Positions 1 to 14,680 of a stretch of 64,000 bases of DNA are shown here, piece by piece. The DNA lies in assembly GCF_006345805.1 (NCBI RefSeq), contig NC_043002.1, positions 52,328,001 through 52,392,000 on the forward strand. The letters are read 5' to 3'. The stretch's first letter is position 1. Each line of letters starts with the position of its first letter. The translations under genes were made by a program, and so were the position numbers. Source of the DNA: Octopus sinensis. Lineage: Eukaryota. The notes under the pieces were generated by a model. It was given only the letters and a program-made list of their open reading frames with translations, did not search any database and was not told the origin of the DNA.

Positions 1-729
1 TTGCATCATTACTCATGTAAATACCCAGGTCTCGCACTGATTGTGCCTCGCATATATGGATACAGGACATCATGGACGTGTACAACAAAAAATACGAAGT
101 ATGAGCACATGGAATATGAACTATTTTTCGAACAACGAAAGACATAAATGGAAAACAAGACAAGCAACATAAAGAACGACCCTTCAAAAGTTGTTGGTTG
201 TTTTTCTACTCTCTTATTTCGAGCATCTAACAACAATATACGCTTTCGATAAAACAGTTGCTGCCGCAAAGCAAATATAATAAAATTTGGGATTTTGCGG
301 AGGGTCAAAATAGGTAACACAAACAGGACAGTGAATGCAAACAGGAAGAGCTGCTAAGCCTAAGTGAGGTTGTGGTGGCGAACGCGTAAATCAAGCTTGG
401 ACAGGAGACAGACAAGAACAAATCTTCCTTGTTCCAGCTAAAACGGAGAGATAGAAATATACACAAGTGAGGAGAAGAAAGAAAGATGCCGATAGCCACG
501 TGGGAGCTACGTGAGCAAGGGAGGATGAGTGGGGGAGAGTGAGTGATAGAGTAATAGGATAGAATAATGAGAGAAGAAGAGGTAAAAGTATAAGAGAAAG
601 AAAGAGAAAAAATCGAAAGTGTAAAAAGATCGTATAGAGTACGCATCAGAATTATCAAGATAAAATTTACTTGGAAGAGGATGCATGGCGTTCAGGCACA
701 TAATAATATAAATAATATCTAAATAATAT

Positions 730-895
730 TCAGCCTATCTAAACTTGCTGCGTGTATACTCTATGATGACATCCCTCACGCCGGACTTCTTTCTGATGAT
801 CTCGCTACTGATGTGCTCTCTCAACGAGATACCAAGCATTGACCTTTCCATGGCTCTTTGAGCCGTTACCAGTCTCTGGTAAAAAAGTAAAAGTG
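730..895 (-). mobile_element. RTE-clade LINE fragment (post-RT region)
   Basis: Minus-strand translation QRLVTAQRAMERSMLGISLREHISSEIIRKKSGVRDVI...KFR resembles the conserved RTE C-terminal block (QRAMERxMLG). Confidence 0.75.
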
Positions 896-1453
896 TCCAT
901 AGAAATCTTGTATGCGCGCATGTACATACATACATACATACACATGCACGCACGCACACCCACGCACATGTGCCTATATGCATATGCTCATTCATACTCG
1001 CGTGAAACACATACCTGAGCATTTTTACTTTTTTACTTTCTCCCCTTCGGTTTTTTTCCCTTATTTAACGGTCATTCTAATAGCTCTTTTGTCTTAATAA
1101 CGGTCATTTACATAGTAATTTCCCTTTGTTTAATGGTCATTTTCATAGCATTTTTTGATTGCCTTGATAACTGACGAAATGCCGGAGCAGATTTCCTCCC
1201 CGACATCCGAAACTCGGAGTTTTATTATGGCAACCGAATAATTGTCACATATTATATTACACATACACACCACACACACACACACACACAACACACACAC
1301 ACATTTATATAAAAATAAATATGCATCTGTGTGTGTGTGTTTGTATGTGTGTCTGTGAAAAGAAGTGTAGATTTTAGGTGGAAATATACAATTAACATAT
1401 CGTAATTGTGTCATAATAAAAACTTAATTTTTGAATGTAATTTTTCATCACAG

Positions 1454-1592
1454 AAACAATATTCTGGAAATCCAGTATTCTAAAGGCATCGACGATGTTG
1501 GCGGAGTGAAATGGAAGATATTTCTATGTCTGCTGGGAGTTTTCAGTATTGTCTACTTTAGTTTATGGAAAGGAATCAAAAGTTCCGGCAAA
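1454..1592 (+). CDS. SLC6A4: Sodium-dependent serotonin transporter, internal exon (end of EL2 + TM4), 139 nt
   Basis: cag| acceptor, AAA|gtaagt donor. Encodes (x)[46 protein letters not shown], matching SERT ...SKGLxDLGGIxW...YFSIWKGVKTSGK. Same size and phase as the human 139-nt exon. Confidence 0.96.
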
Positions 1593-2073
1593 GTAAGTAT
1601 CGTTCTGAGGATTTAAAAAAAAATACTGCATCAATGAAGAATTTGTTTTTATTCTGACGCAATATTATAGACACATAATCACGCGCAAACACAACACACG
1701 CTCGGAGTCACATCTAACGAACTTCTGCGAGACGTATTCAGACTTGCTGTCTTGAGATAACCCCACCCGATGGGTCATGTCCTCCTTCTGTCTTTACTTC
1801 ATCAGTCCTGGACGTCTGCCAGAGAGCTTTTTGGGAGCTGATCTTGTCCCTTTGACTAAGTCATAGAAACGCACACACAAACATACACACACACGCGCAC
1901 ACATGCGCGGGCGCATACATGCGCGGGCGCATACACACGCACACACACGCACACACATGTACGCGCGCACATATACGCACGAGCGCACGTGCACACAGAA
2001 ACATACTCGTCGCAAGCTATAGTGTATAAGTATACCATTAACGTGTATAAAAATCTATGTATGTATACATGTA

Positions 2074-2109
<36 letters not shown>

Positions 2110-2734
2110 ATACGTGTATAAATATATATAAATTTACAAATATTCTCTAATTATAAACATAATTATGATTAGGGGGTCAGCTAATTGCTTCACCACATAC
2201 CGAATTTAGAAATAGGAGTTAAAATTCCTTTTCTACAACCGTAAGAATCACCCAGACAGTAACACACTTTTTTTACGTAGGCAATGAATCCACACGACTC
2301 TGATTAGCCACATACGCGTTTCGAGATTATGGTATATTTACTTACTTATTTCTCATAATCAGTGTTGCATTTCAAATATAAAATTTGAAAGTGCTAGGGT
2401 TAAACATGTACACAATCAAGCGTCATCGCGCAACGGATATCCAATCAACTCTTCCAAAATTTACACAGCCAAATGTAAAAGCATATTTATCTCTTGTACC
2501 CACGTGTATGTTATGAGCGATCCCGCAGAAACTGCAGTTTTTGATCAGGGAGTAAATTATAAAATATACTATAACATTTATTATTATTATTAATATATAT
2601 GTTTTCGAGTTTTTTCAAATACGATAAGTGATATTGTGCATTTGATCCTGAAGGATTGCTTGGCGGTATAAGGCCGAACTATTTTGTTGCCACAGCATGA
2701 GTCTAATTGGCTCATATTGAAATACTATGCATAT

Positions 2735-2847
2735 TAAATGATATGTATGCATATATATGTTTGTATATATATGTATGCATATATATGTTTGTATATATAT
2801 GTATGCATATATATGTTTGTATATATATGTATGTATATATATGTTTG

Positions 2848-2880
<33 letters not shown>

Positions 2881-2919
2881 TATATATATTATATATATAT
2901 ATGTATATATATATATGTG

Positions 2920-2950
<31 letters not shown>

Positions 2951-2993
2951 GTATATATATATAATGATATATATATATGTATATATATATATG

Positions 2994-3024
<31 letters not shown>

Positions 3025-3054
3025 GTATATATATTATGTATATATATGTATATA

Positions 3055-3097
<43 letters not shown>

Positions 3098-3494
3098 ATA
3101 TATATATGTAATATATATGTATATATATATGTATATATTTATATGTATATATGTATATATATATATGTATATATATATATGTTATATATATATGTATGTA
3201 TATATATATATAGTATATATATATATGTATGTATATATATATATATGGGTATATATATGTTATATATATATATATATGTATATAGATGTATATATATGTA
3301 TATATATGTATGTATATATATGTATATATATATGTATATATATGTAATATATTAATATATGTATACAAATATATGTATGTATATATATGTATATATATAT
3401 AATTATGTATACAAATATATGTATGTATATGTATATATATATATACACACCAATATACACACGTATATATATATTTAAATACACACAAACACGC

Positions 3495-3564
<70 letters not shown>

Positions 3565-3580
3565 AAATACACACAAACAC

Positions 3581-3638
<58 letters not shown>

Positions 3639-3640
3639 AC
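2735..3640. repeat. Large degenerate (TA)n/(TATG)n low-complexity tract
   Basis: Directly visible; it produces the spurious YI/MY-rich ORFs in the track. Confidence 0.95.
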
Positions 3641-6600
3641 ATACACGCCCAAGTTATTTTTCTCTTACTATTTTTGATGCGGTTTTCTACTCGGCGTTAT
3701 TTAGATGTGTTAATGTAATATATATATATATTTATCTTATGTTAGTTCAGTTAGCTGTGCGAGCACTAACTGAATGGCTTCTTTTTCACGGATTCATTAT
3801 CATTGTTCATCAACATATCTTATTGTTTAATTCTAATATATCTAAGTATGTGAGGTAATTTATGAATAGTCGAAAATTTGTTCTTCAAATGTGGTACGAG
3901 TTTTCTATAATTTGAGTGTCTTTTAAACCTCCTTTACTATTAAATGCTTAAGGCACAGTCTTGCAGTCTTTTTACACTTTTCAAATATGTTCCATATTTC
4001 TGAGTACTTCATCATTATAATTATTATACATATTTATTATTCTTTTCTTTCTATTCAATGAAATTAAACTTCAAATCTATTAGATGCAACGAAGAACGTT
4101 TTTAACAAAACAATTGTGGCAAAGCTATGTGATAGTGGTGTCAGACGTAGCATGTAAACCATCATAAAACTTGTTCTATTCTCCTCTTCCGTTCTACTTT
4201 GACATGTGCATTGCATTTTTATCCCTCTCTTCCGGTTTATGAATCCAGTGTGCACATGTGTATTGCGTATTCATACTTCTCTTTCCGGTTCCTATTCAAA
4301 ACTTTATATATAACAACCATCTCACGAGCGTGCGTTCGGGAGGAGTGCTTCAAGCTCCGATGGTTGTAAAAAAAAAAATTTCAACATATGACTTCTGCGA
4401 CAAGTACCTATTATGAGGTATTACCTATTACGTTTCCCGTAGGGCTTCTTTACTACCTACAAACGCCAATATTTTGAATATGTTGTGTGATATAATTGTA
4501 TCTAATTTAAGGACAAACCAGCAAGTCTTTGAGAAGAACTCAGTCGATTACATCAGCCCCGTACTCGACTTTATTTTATTGACCTGAACTGATTTCGGTG
4601 CGCTTTTAATTCACAATGTTATAGGATCAGAACAAATAGCATTTCTGCTAAAGCAACACCCTGTGCCTTGTGATATAATCATGCAATTTCAGAATTAAAC
4701 AGAAAAATTACACAATAATGTCTTTCCCAAATTTATCTTATTTATCAGTCATCCTTCCAGAACACCTTGCTATCTCTCGCGAAACTCAAAGGTACCGATG
4801 AACCAAAGTTCAGAAGCGCTGATTTAATTTGTATTTTCTTAATTGTAAGACAAAAATTTGAGAACAGTCGAAAATAGTTCTTTTCAATGGTGGAGTGAGT
4901 TTTTTTTTATATATATTTTAGTATTTTCAACATCTTTGATAATTAAATATCCAAGGTGACCTATTTATTAGAATATAATGTTTGAGAGCATTAATCTCAT
5001 TTTTAAGGAATGGATGATATTTTGTAATTCTTATATCTATATTTTGTTTCAATTGTTCATCATAAGGTACCTTATCTATAAATATTGGTGTAGTATTGGA
5101 CTGGATTCGAACTTGGTATCTTTATTCCTAAACTAAGGGTAATAACGCTCTTATACATTAAGCAAGCCACTTATGTATGAGCACTGTATATTAATCGGAA
5201 ATCAAACAGATCAAGATGTTGTATAGATGGAAATATTTATGTAAAATTCCATCTCTAAGGATGAAGCTATTAGTTTGCAAAATTATGATGTGATTTGTGA
5301 TAATGTTTGTCGAATGTGATATAAAAAATATCGTATATCGTTTTAATATTTTGTTTTGTGTTTTATTGTTGACTTTTGCAATAGATAAACAACTAAGATC
5401 TGAAGGTAAGTTCTTGTCCTCAAGATTCAATCTCATAATCCGAGTTTCATTTCCACTTATAGCAATATCCTTTCAATTAATACAGTAATGTGCTTAGGAA
5501 AATTATAGTTACAGCATTTCATTTCTTCTCATACAAACATAAAGGTTTCATGTATACGTAAAAAAACCAGTTCAATTTTACGGCAAAGCTGGTGTTAGAA
5601 TACACAATGTAGTTAACCAAAGTTAATTAAAATTACAACCTTAGTAATGAGAACAAACGTTTATCTAAATAAATAATTATGGCAAAAAACAAAAACATGG
5701 GAGGCAATTCCAAAATTTTTATTAATTAAAATCAGTTAGATATGGTATAGATTGTGACGCAGGCCTGATCTTAATTAGTATGTTGATAATTCCGTGCATG
5801 TATCGGTAAAATTGACACTTGATTAAGCGTTGTGGAATAGGCTCTATATGAGGCAGCAAGCTAAATGGAATTATGATATAAAATCACGTCTCTTCTGATC
5901 CTTGTGTAAATCTTTTTCGGTATCATGCATTCGATTTCATCTTTAGAGGCGTTCATAAATAAAATACTGAAAGTTAATATAGAGGACAATTGTTTTCCTT
6001 TGCTTCAAACTTAAACTATGAGCTTATTTTAAAAACATCAAACAAAAACTATATTCCAGTGTTTTCACAGATCTACACTTCTCAACAATGAAAGTTCTTA
6101 TCTGAAACGTAGGTACACTTCTTTACCATCTTTTTCGCGTCATAAGGTTAAACGAACAACCTCTGTTCATTTCCTTGATAACTGTTATACGCTTATTAAG
6201 GATTTTTTGATAAAGAATACAAAACTAGTTTCCCGTCTCCGTAAATTTTACAAGGCAGCATCTTGTCGACTACATACAGACAAAGTTGCCACATCTACTT
6301 GAGAATTCAGCATGTAAAGAGCCGGAACAAACGTTGCAAAGCATTTATCCAAAGCTCGAGAAATTCCGCCAACTTAACTTCCTGAACTGGTACTATACTT
6401 ATCTATCTCGGAAGGATGAAAGTCAAAGCTGACCTCTGATTTGAACTCAGAATGTAAAGAACTGGAGCAAATACCACAAAGCATTTTGTCCGGCGCTCTC
6501 GTGGTTCTGCCTGTTACTCTTGTCTCATGCAAGCTTAGACAAATTTGTGAACTTTACTAAAAGAATTTTGCTGACACAGATCAATACTAGTTTAATGTTG

Positions 6601-7354
6601 CTCTGATTTGTGCTTGTGTGTGAGTTCATGCGTGTGTGAGTGATTTACTTCTCATGCTAAAATAGTTTTCCTTACATTTTAACGCACTTCCTTCTAATTA
6701 ATTGAAACCGGAAAATATCACCGAAACTCAAGAAAACAAAGCTGTTGCGGAATTTCCTCTAAAAAGTATCTTAATATTTGTACGTGAGAAACTTATTAAA
6801 ATATATTTGAAGGCTGATGTCAGGAATTTTTTCCTTCCTGGTTCTAAATAAAAAATGACCAGAAGCATTATTTAGTTGTTCTTTGCTGTTGCAAATTGAC
6901 CTTCATTGACCTAAGTTAGGCTTATAATCAAGATTTATACCAACAGCGACCGTGACAGCTTTATATTAGGGCAATCTTAGCCACTTTAGATACAGATGTC
7001 TGTGTGACTAATAATCCTTTCTACTATAGATACAAGGCCTGAAATATTAGGGGAGGAGATAGTCGATTACATCGACCCCAGTGTTTCATTGGTACTAATT
7101 ATAAAATGCAAAAGTAGATTTGGGTAACCTAATCAAGTAGAACAAATGCGCAAATGCATAAAATTCTTTTATTAAAAATGATCTCTTTAATAGCCCATTA
7201 GTGTTTTACTTTTATTTACTAAAAGTTCTAACTTTTTTTAAGAAGGACATTTTTAGGATCTTTTCGGTTTGAACGGCAGTTTTTTCTAGCGGTGTCATAT
7301 GAAATTGTCACCCATAATTATGACCCTAGTATCGATCTATTGCATTTCAATCTG

Positions 7355-7392
7355 TTTTAGGGTTAGGGTTAGCTAGGGTTAGGGTTAGGGGT
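7355..7392 (+). repeat. Short interstitial (TTAGGG)n telomere-like repeat, probably internal to a dispersed element
   Basis: ttttagggttagggttagctagggttagggttagggg: about 5 units, one interrupted. Confidence 0.6.
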
Positions 7393-9050
7393 CGGGGGAA
7401 GGGTATCGTTTTTTTTCTTCACCAATGTAAATAAACCCAATCTGTTTCTTAAACGAGGGACATATTCATACAGCACAGAAAGATGAAACTATTTCAGTGT
7501 TTTCAACGCTTCAGTTTATATTATTTGTAATTGTTCATTGTGTATGTTCATCACTCTACACAGACTTGATTTAATGTATTTAGTAAGGCAATAGTTGAAC
7601 AATAGCGTTATAGGGTCTCATATTGGTTTCAAATTTTGGCACAAGGCCAGTAAGGATGAGAGACAAAGTCAATCTCAGCGGAATTTGAACTTAAAACGTA
7701 AAGACGGACGAAATGGTACCAAACATTTTTTCCCGGCGCGGCAACGATTCTGCCAGCTCGCCGCCTTGATTTATAGGTTCACATATTAGAATATTTTCCA
7801 TTCACACACGCGCACACACACACATACACAACACACACACACACACACACATACACACACACACACGCACGCACACTCACGCACACACACATACACACTG
7901 TACAAGACCAAATATCCAGCAAGCTTGAGACCAGTAGTGGTCTGGATTTCTGAATTCTCCAGTTTTCTGGAAACAGCCTAAATATATATATTCGAAATAT
8001 TAAACTACGAGAAGTAAACAACTAAAGCAGGGTCTGTTTAATATTTATTAATCGACTTAAAATTCTGAAAATGTGTCATACTGTCTCTTGTATACAGTAT
8101 AATATTTTCAGGATGAAAATTACGCGAAGAAAAGTAAAGAAGAAGGCTATTTTTATCATACTGTATGCAAATTAGTCAACTCCCAAAACAGGGACTTTTT
8201 TCTTAATACATAGTACAATGTATTGCATGATATATAATTATTTGCAGGATCCAATAGAATCACGGTATTTTAACAACAAAGACACCAAGGTAGAATCGAA
8301 CTTTAATTCACCTGAAGAAAAGTTTTTTTTTTAACATGATGTAATTGATTTATTCATCAATAAAAAACACGTCTGAAACAGTTGTAGTGAACATCAGCCC
8401 AATTTGTATCATTGCATATAATATGCTATAAATAACTGTTAAAATTAGGGATGTGAGAAACCTTCAATCTCCTTATCATTATTAATATTATTAATAACTC
8501 TACGGAACATATGCAGTCCCGTACAGGACACACGGAATTACCTAGCGAGAGAAGTTACCAGGGCCTAACAACTCATTGTAAGCTCGAGTACTACATACAG
8601 ACCGTTGTGGTTAATCGACATCTGAAAGCGACTTGAGAGCAAATACGGTAACCGCCAAGGATATTATATATCCCCTTAATTTCTTAATTTCTTACGTAAG
8701 CAGAAGGCTATAAATTTGGAGGGAGTGTTAGTCGATTAAATCGATAGTTTCTAATGTTATATTTCCTGTCAAGAGTAGAGTCCACTGTGATCCGTATGTG
8801 GGAGAGGTGCATCCGGAGGGTAAATATCCAAACGAATCCGTAAATGGTAGATAAAGAGTAGGTAAAGAGTCCAGTGGAGAAGTTCGTAGTGGTGAGAATT
8901 GACAGGATCAACATGAGCGACCTGGACTGGATGAAAGGCAATAATGTCCTCGGCGAGATTTCAGCCCAGAACTTAATGTGTGAAGCAAGTACAATTTATT
9001 TTTTTATAAATTTATCATATTTCCTACTAATCCTAACTATACCATTTCAG

Positions 9051-9185
9051 GTTGTATGGGTTACGGCTACTTTACCTTATATTGTCCTATTGGTGCTGCT
9101 CGTACGTGGATGTACGCTTCCTGGATCGTATGAAGGTATTATTTACTATCTCAAACCGAATTGGAGTATGCTTTTGCAACCAGGA
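9051..9185 (+). CDS. SLC6A4: SERT internal exon (TM5/EL3), 135 nt
   Basis: tttcag| acceptor, GGA|gtgagt donor. [45 protein letters not shown]; in frame with the previous exon. Confidence 0.97.
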
Positions 9186-9236
9186 GTGAGTATTTTCTCT
9201 TATTATTTCGTAATTGCTACTTGTTAAAAGGTTCGC

Positions 9237-9413
9237 ATCTTCTTCTTCTTCTTCTTCTTCTTCTTCTTCTTCTTCTTCTTCTTCTTCTTCTTCTCTTCTT
9301 CTTCTTCTTCTTCTTCTTCTCTTCTTCTTCTTCTTCTTCTTCTTCTTCTTCTTCTTCTTCTTCTCTTTCTTCTTCTTCTTCTTCTTCTTCTTCTTCTTCT
9401 TCTTCTTCTTCTT
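9237..9413 (+). repeat. (TTC)n microsatellite about 50 nt downstream of a SERT splice donor
   Basis: Directly visible. Confidence 0.95.
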
Positions 9414-9906
9414 TATTGATCAACGTAGTTGTTAATCGATTTCAAGATCAATAATATAGATATAATACTCAGCAACAATTTCTCAAGACACATACGATAC
9501 GAAGAAGTTGAACCTACATAATTTCTTGTTCCCTTGTCATTTAATACATACATACATACATACATACATACATACATACATACATACACACACATGCATA
9601 CGTGTCTGTGTGTGTGTGTCTGTGCTTTCCCGCCGCCACCACTTAACAGCCGGTGCTGGTTTGTTTACGTCCCTGTAATTAAGCGGCAAAATAAAGAACC
9701 AGACATTCAAAAAATAAGTACTGGCTAATCTCTTCAAGGCAGTGCCCCAGAATGGCCACAGTCCTACAACTGAAACATGTAAAAGATAAAAGATTTAAGA
9801 TAATTATTCAAAGATAAGATAATTAAGATAAGTATTTCACCAATTAAATCATTGAATACATAAAGTGTATCCTGATTTATTAACTTTCTTTTACCTTTAT
9901 TCCCAG

Positions 9907-10010
9907 GTTTGGATAGATGCTGCGGCACAAATCTTTTTCTCACTCGGTCCTGGTTTTGGAGTGTTGTTGGCACTGTCCAGTTATAATAAATTCAACAACA
10001 ACTGCTATAA
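9907..10010 (+). CDS. SLC6A4: SERT internal exon (TM6), 104 nt
   Basis: tcccag| acceptor, AA|gtaagt donor. [34 protein letters not shown]; the FFSLGPGFG motif is SERT-diagnostic within SLC6. Confidence 0.98.
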
Positions 10011-11697
10011 GTAAGTAACCAATTTATTAAGCCCTGATTAATATTATATATTTGATCTAAGCTCCTCAATAGAAATACTTACTGATTATATCTCTGTACA
10101 TTATAAATATTGGTCGTTTAAAACAAGCTTACCTTACTAAATACCCTTTATGTGTTCATCAAATATCTCTGTTATTAAGTATCAAAGTTTATCATCTTGC
10201 ACTAACAATCAGGTCGGTGTTTATCCTATAATTTATCCTATAGGCTTAAGGCCACACATTTGATAGATGGATCGGTTCATCATAGTTACCGCTAGTGATT
10301 GATTAGTACTATATATGTATCTGTTTCGAAAGATAAAGAGTAAAGACGGCCTCAGTAGGATTTGAACCCAGATCGTAAAGCGACGTGAGTAAATACGGCA
10401 ATAAATTTCATTCTGCTGCTCAGCCGAATCTGTTAATACCTTGCTATCCTGATCAATGATAATACATCACATGTGCTAATATACCTCTGTTATAAAGCGG
10501 CGAGCTGGCAGAATTGTTAGCATCCCCGGAAAAAATGCTTAGACGATTTCGTCCATATTTAGGTTTTGAGTTCAAATTCCACCGAGGTCGACTTTACCTT
10601 TCATTCGTTCGGGGTCGATAATATAAGCAGCTGTTGAGTACTGGAGTCGATGTAATCGACTTACCCATCACCCGAACTTGCTGGCGTTGCAACAAAATTT
10701 GAAACCAGTATATCTCTGATATGTGTAGTCATGTGGTTAAGAAGTTCACTTGACAATCCTTTGGGTTCGCATTCGATCCGACTGCGTGTACCTTGAAGGT
10801 ACTGTATGTATTTTTGGGTGGTTGATTAAATCCGTCAATAATTTAAAATGATACAGTTTTTTCTATCTTTAATAAAATAAAGACAGTTTGAGGCAATCAA
10901 AATAAATAAGCAGTGATTTCAAACAGTGGCGATAGCTTAGGTCAGCTATGGGCATAATGCGACCCACAGGATGCATGTGGCCTGTGAGACGCTCTAAATG
11001 GCACACCAAACGAAAAATTACCTTGAATCTTTTTGGTAGAGCGGCCTGCCGGATGATAAGCCTTGTTTCATGTGGCACGCCTCTCGAAAATAGCTGTCTG
11101 TGTCTTTCTTAAAGTTTGCATTGTAATTGCTACTATACAATTTTCTTCAGAAATATTAAATTTCTAAATATCTCATATTATATGTATATATAATAGGCTA
11201 ACGATTTTGTTTAGATTAGTAAAGAACGCTACATATTCTCGTGGAAAGGTCCGTTTTCGTCGCCATTCTATATTGTAAATCCGTGGTTGTATTCCAGTTT
11301 TACTGATTTTTACACTGAGTAATATATACTAGTCATAAATAATGGTTATTACATCTTTTTCTTTATTGTAGAAAAATATGTAATGATCATTACTTATGCT
11401 TTGTTTTTCACTCACACATACATACATACATACGTACATGTTATATATATATATAAAATAATAATGATAAAAACAACAATAATAATAATATTAAAGAGTA
11501 TAACTCCAAACTTACTGGGAAAAATTCAATTTAGTATTAAATCAAATTTCACAATATAAATATATAATGTATATAAATTAGAGAAAAACCACTATTATGC
11601 AACTCAAACAATGATAGACATAAACCAAATCATAAATAAAAAATAAAGTACATTTTAAAACATATAACATATAACTAGATCACAAAAAGTACAAAAA

Positions 11698-11732
<35 letters not shown>

Positions 11733-12395
11733 TATATCTGTGTTCAGAATAGTCTTAGTAACCTTATAGGGCCTCGGGAAAAAAACATTGCATTGGGGTC
11801 TATATTTTATTGAAAGCTACAGTATATATAGACCTGAATTGTATCCCTAGACCTGTCAGGCTCTCAGGCAAATGCCCAGTATGCCCATGCCTTAACACGA
11901 CCTTAGCACTCTGTGTGTGTGTGTGCGTGTGTGTGTGTGCGCGCGCGCGTGTGTATGTGTGTGTGTGTGTATGTGTATACCTATATAAATTAATCAATCA
12001 AATTTCTAGTCTGATTTTCAAGTTTTATTATTTACAATTTTTACAGTCTTACAATATTGAAATAATAAAATATTATATATACATTGTGACGAAACTAGTA
12101 CTTTCATGCGTAATGCAATCATCAGGTTTATGCAGTGACAGTCGGGTTCCATAATTGACAACAATATATATATATTATATTTGGGGATGGTCATATTTTT
12201 GCCAATTAATCACACGCTTTCTATACTTGGTCTTCACCCCAGATTCATTATTCTTATTTTTTGTTACACATCTTGTGACCTCTTCAACTACTCTCCATCC
12301 CACGTGTGTCTTCCAGTCCACTCATACATAAATAAATACATACAGTTCACTCATATATAAATATATACATACATATACATACATAAACATCTGTG

Positions 12396-12427
<32 letters not shown>

Positions 12428-12757
12428 GTGTGTGTGTGTGTGTGTGCGTGTGTGTGTGTATGTGTGCGTGTGTGATTGTGTACCATACGAAAATACACTA
12501 ATTGTATGCCAGCACATGACGTACTTCATACTATTTTATAAGCGCCCTTGTCTGTTACTCAATAAGTATATGGCTGATTTACAATATGGTTAGTAACCAT
12601 AGTGTTCAATGTAAAGGCCCGACGTACTACAACCTGTGGCGCACACACACGCTACCCGTTCCTCACTCTTTCTATTCTATTGCTACTAAATTGATCCTTA
12701 CTTCTCTCAAGTAGCTAGTTACACGGCATCTTTACCCTGGTCAACCCGACACACATA

Positions 12758-13240
12758 CGAGAGGTACCTAAAAGAAACAGGAATTTTGCAAAATTATTTT
12801 ATTCACTTAGTTTTACATGTTTACACTTTTATCGCCTTCAAAGTATTCTCCATTTAAAGCAATACATCGTCCAGATGCGTTTCCCACTGTTCGAAGCAAT
12901 CCTGGAACTCTTCCGAAGTGATACCTTTTAATGCCTCCGTCGTTTTTTTTCTTTACCTCTTCCACATCTGCAAATTCCGTAACACCACATTTCGTCACCA
13001 GTGATAACCTTTGAAAAAAGGTCTGGATCAACTTCCAGCTGTCCTTTCAGTTTACGACATGCATTCAGTCGTGACTGTTTTTGATCTTCTGTGAGCAAGC
13101 GAGGCAAAATTTTGCTGCAACTCTTTTCATTCACAATTCCTCGCCCAAAATTCGTTGACAAGAGCTCCAGAACACACTAGTCATATCATAAAATTCGCCA
13201 ATTGTTCAGCGACGGTCCTCCACGATCAATTCATGAATTT
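12758..13240 (-). mobile_element. Internally deleted mariner transposon
   Basis: Minus-strand KILPRLLTEDQKQSRLNACRKL...VITGDEMWCYG (WVP/first catalytic D region) is joined to a C-terminal ...GRCIALNGEYFEGDK. A TA|CGAG mariner-type end lies at ~12756. Confidence 0.85.
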
Positions 13241-14159
13241 TCATGATGTTTCATGATGGCTTCCAGCGGCGAACCATGTGGTTGGTAAGCAAGCTACTTA
13301 CTACCCAGCCACTCCCGCTCCTAAATTCTTTTGAAATACACTGTAACTCTCACACTCTAAATTTTCTTAAATTTAACCAATCACAGGTTTCTATTGATGA
13401 AGCACCAAGCTACTTATTGTAATTAGTGTACGAGTTAAAATGTTAACCTACCGTTGAATCAATTATCATATCCCCAACTCTACATGTGTGCATCACCAAA
13501 ACCCGTTTCATCGAGTCGACTTGTTCAGCTAGCAATTCTGTTTTTTTGAACAGAAGAGTAATGTTTGAAGAATATTTCGCTATCATTTCTTGTAGGTTGA
13601 ACGAGAGAGCAGACACTTTATCGCTGGCTCCAAAACAACAAATTTTAAGTAGCATTCATGAAATCCGCTGTCTCTTTTCCCTGCATCAACACCAGAAAGC
13701 GTCAAATACAATGAATAGTTGTGTTCAAGAGCATAAACATACCACTTACACACAGACGATAATACTAGCTATTACGTACAAGGCATTCAGAACATGTGCA
13801 ACACATATGCACAGCATAATAAGTTAATTCCCCTATGAGCTATACCTTCCTCCATTTCACTAGTTTCAGACTTCCTGTAAAGGGTTAAATGGTGTTTGGG
13901 TTCCTCCTGTCTAACTGATATGTATGTATGTATATATGTATGTATGTATGTATGTATGTGTACACACAGATACACGCGCTCGCGCACACGTACACACACA
14001 CAAACACACACGCGTATTGGCTCGAATCTTTCTATAAACCAAAAGAATCAACTAAGTACACAAAGCAACACATTTCAAAACTAAGCAAAAAGTGGTAGGA
14101 AACGAAAGATCCTTGGGTTACAAGAAATTACAGTTTGTTACTACAGTAAGCTTTAGATC

Positions 14160-14680
14160 TCACAATTATTTCCACGACATTGAAAGCTATTTCCAAACAC
14201 CCAGACACATAAATCTCCCCTAAACACAACTACTACAGCATTCACCCTAAAAACGTCATATCTCCCACTCCGGACAGAGACCATCTCATGCACGTCAAGC
14301 TTCAAGCTCTCTGCTGAGATACACAATACCAAAAATAAGTGCATGCCTATATCTGTTACGACCTCTATTAGAATCTGTGTTTGCACAAACATAGACTGGA
14401 CAGTGGAGACATTTCAACATGTCCAGACTGCCACACTACACCCATATAAATTATCATTGTAAATCCGATTGTGCAATATGATTCTCACCTAGACTGAGAT
14501 ATGGTGTAACGCATCTGAGGCTATACAACAGCTATACAACTAGAGACTATACAACTAGAGACTATACAACTAGAGACTCGGACAAATAATGTTTAAGTAG
14601 ATCAGAAACAAATTTCTACACTCTATACATACCATAATCTGCCAAAGAAAACCTGCAAAAATGTTATATTCGTTCATCAG
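14160..14680 (+). mobile_element. Highly decayed CR1/L2-like LINE 3' region
   Basis: Remnants such as LRPLLES... and E-x-x-HVQTAT resemble the RPxLEY...ExVQRRAT block; many stops. Confidence 0.4.

Noticed and set aside
2707-3858. Long ORFs rich in Y/I/M/C/V/H/T (also at 32956-33673, 56486-56935 and 63081-64000)
   Set aside because: Translations of (TA)n, (CA)n and (TATG)n microsatellites; not genes.
3900-4000. Minus-strand KCKKTARLCLKH resembling a piggyBac cysteine-rich tail
   Set aside because: Too short and interrupted by stops; no TTAA/TIR found.
7355-7392. TTAGGG repeats suggesting a telomere or fusion site
   Set aside because: Only about 5 units embedded in ordinary repeat DNA; a degenerate CCCTAA run also occurs inside the MITE at ~46135.
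8874-9050. N-terminal part of the 117-aa ORF preceding [10 protein letters not shown]
   Set aside because: Intronic read-through upstream of the true acceptor at 9050; only 9051-9185 is coding.
14524-14578. 15 bp tandem repeat atacaactagagact x3
   Set aside because: Simple local slippage within a decayed LINE; no further significance seen.
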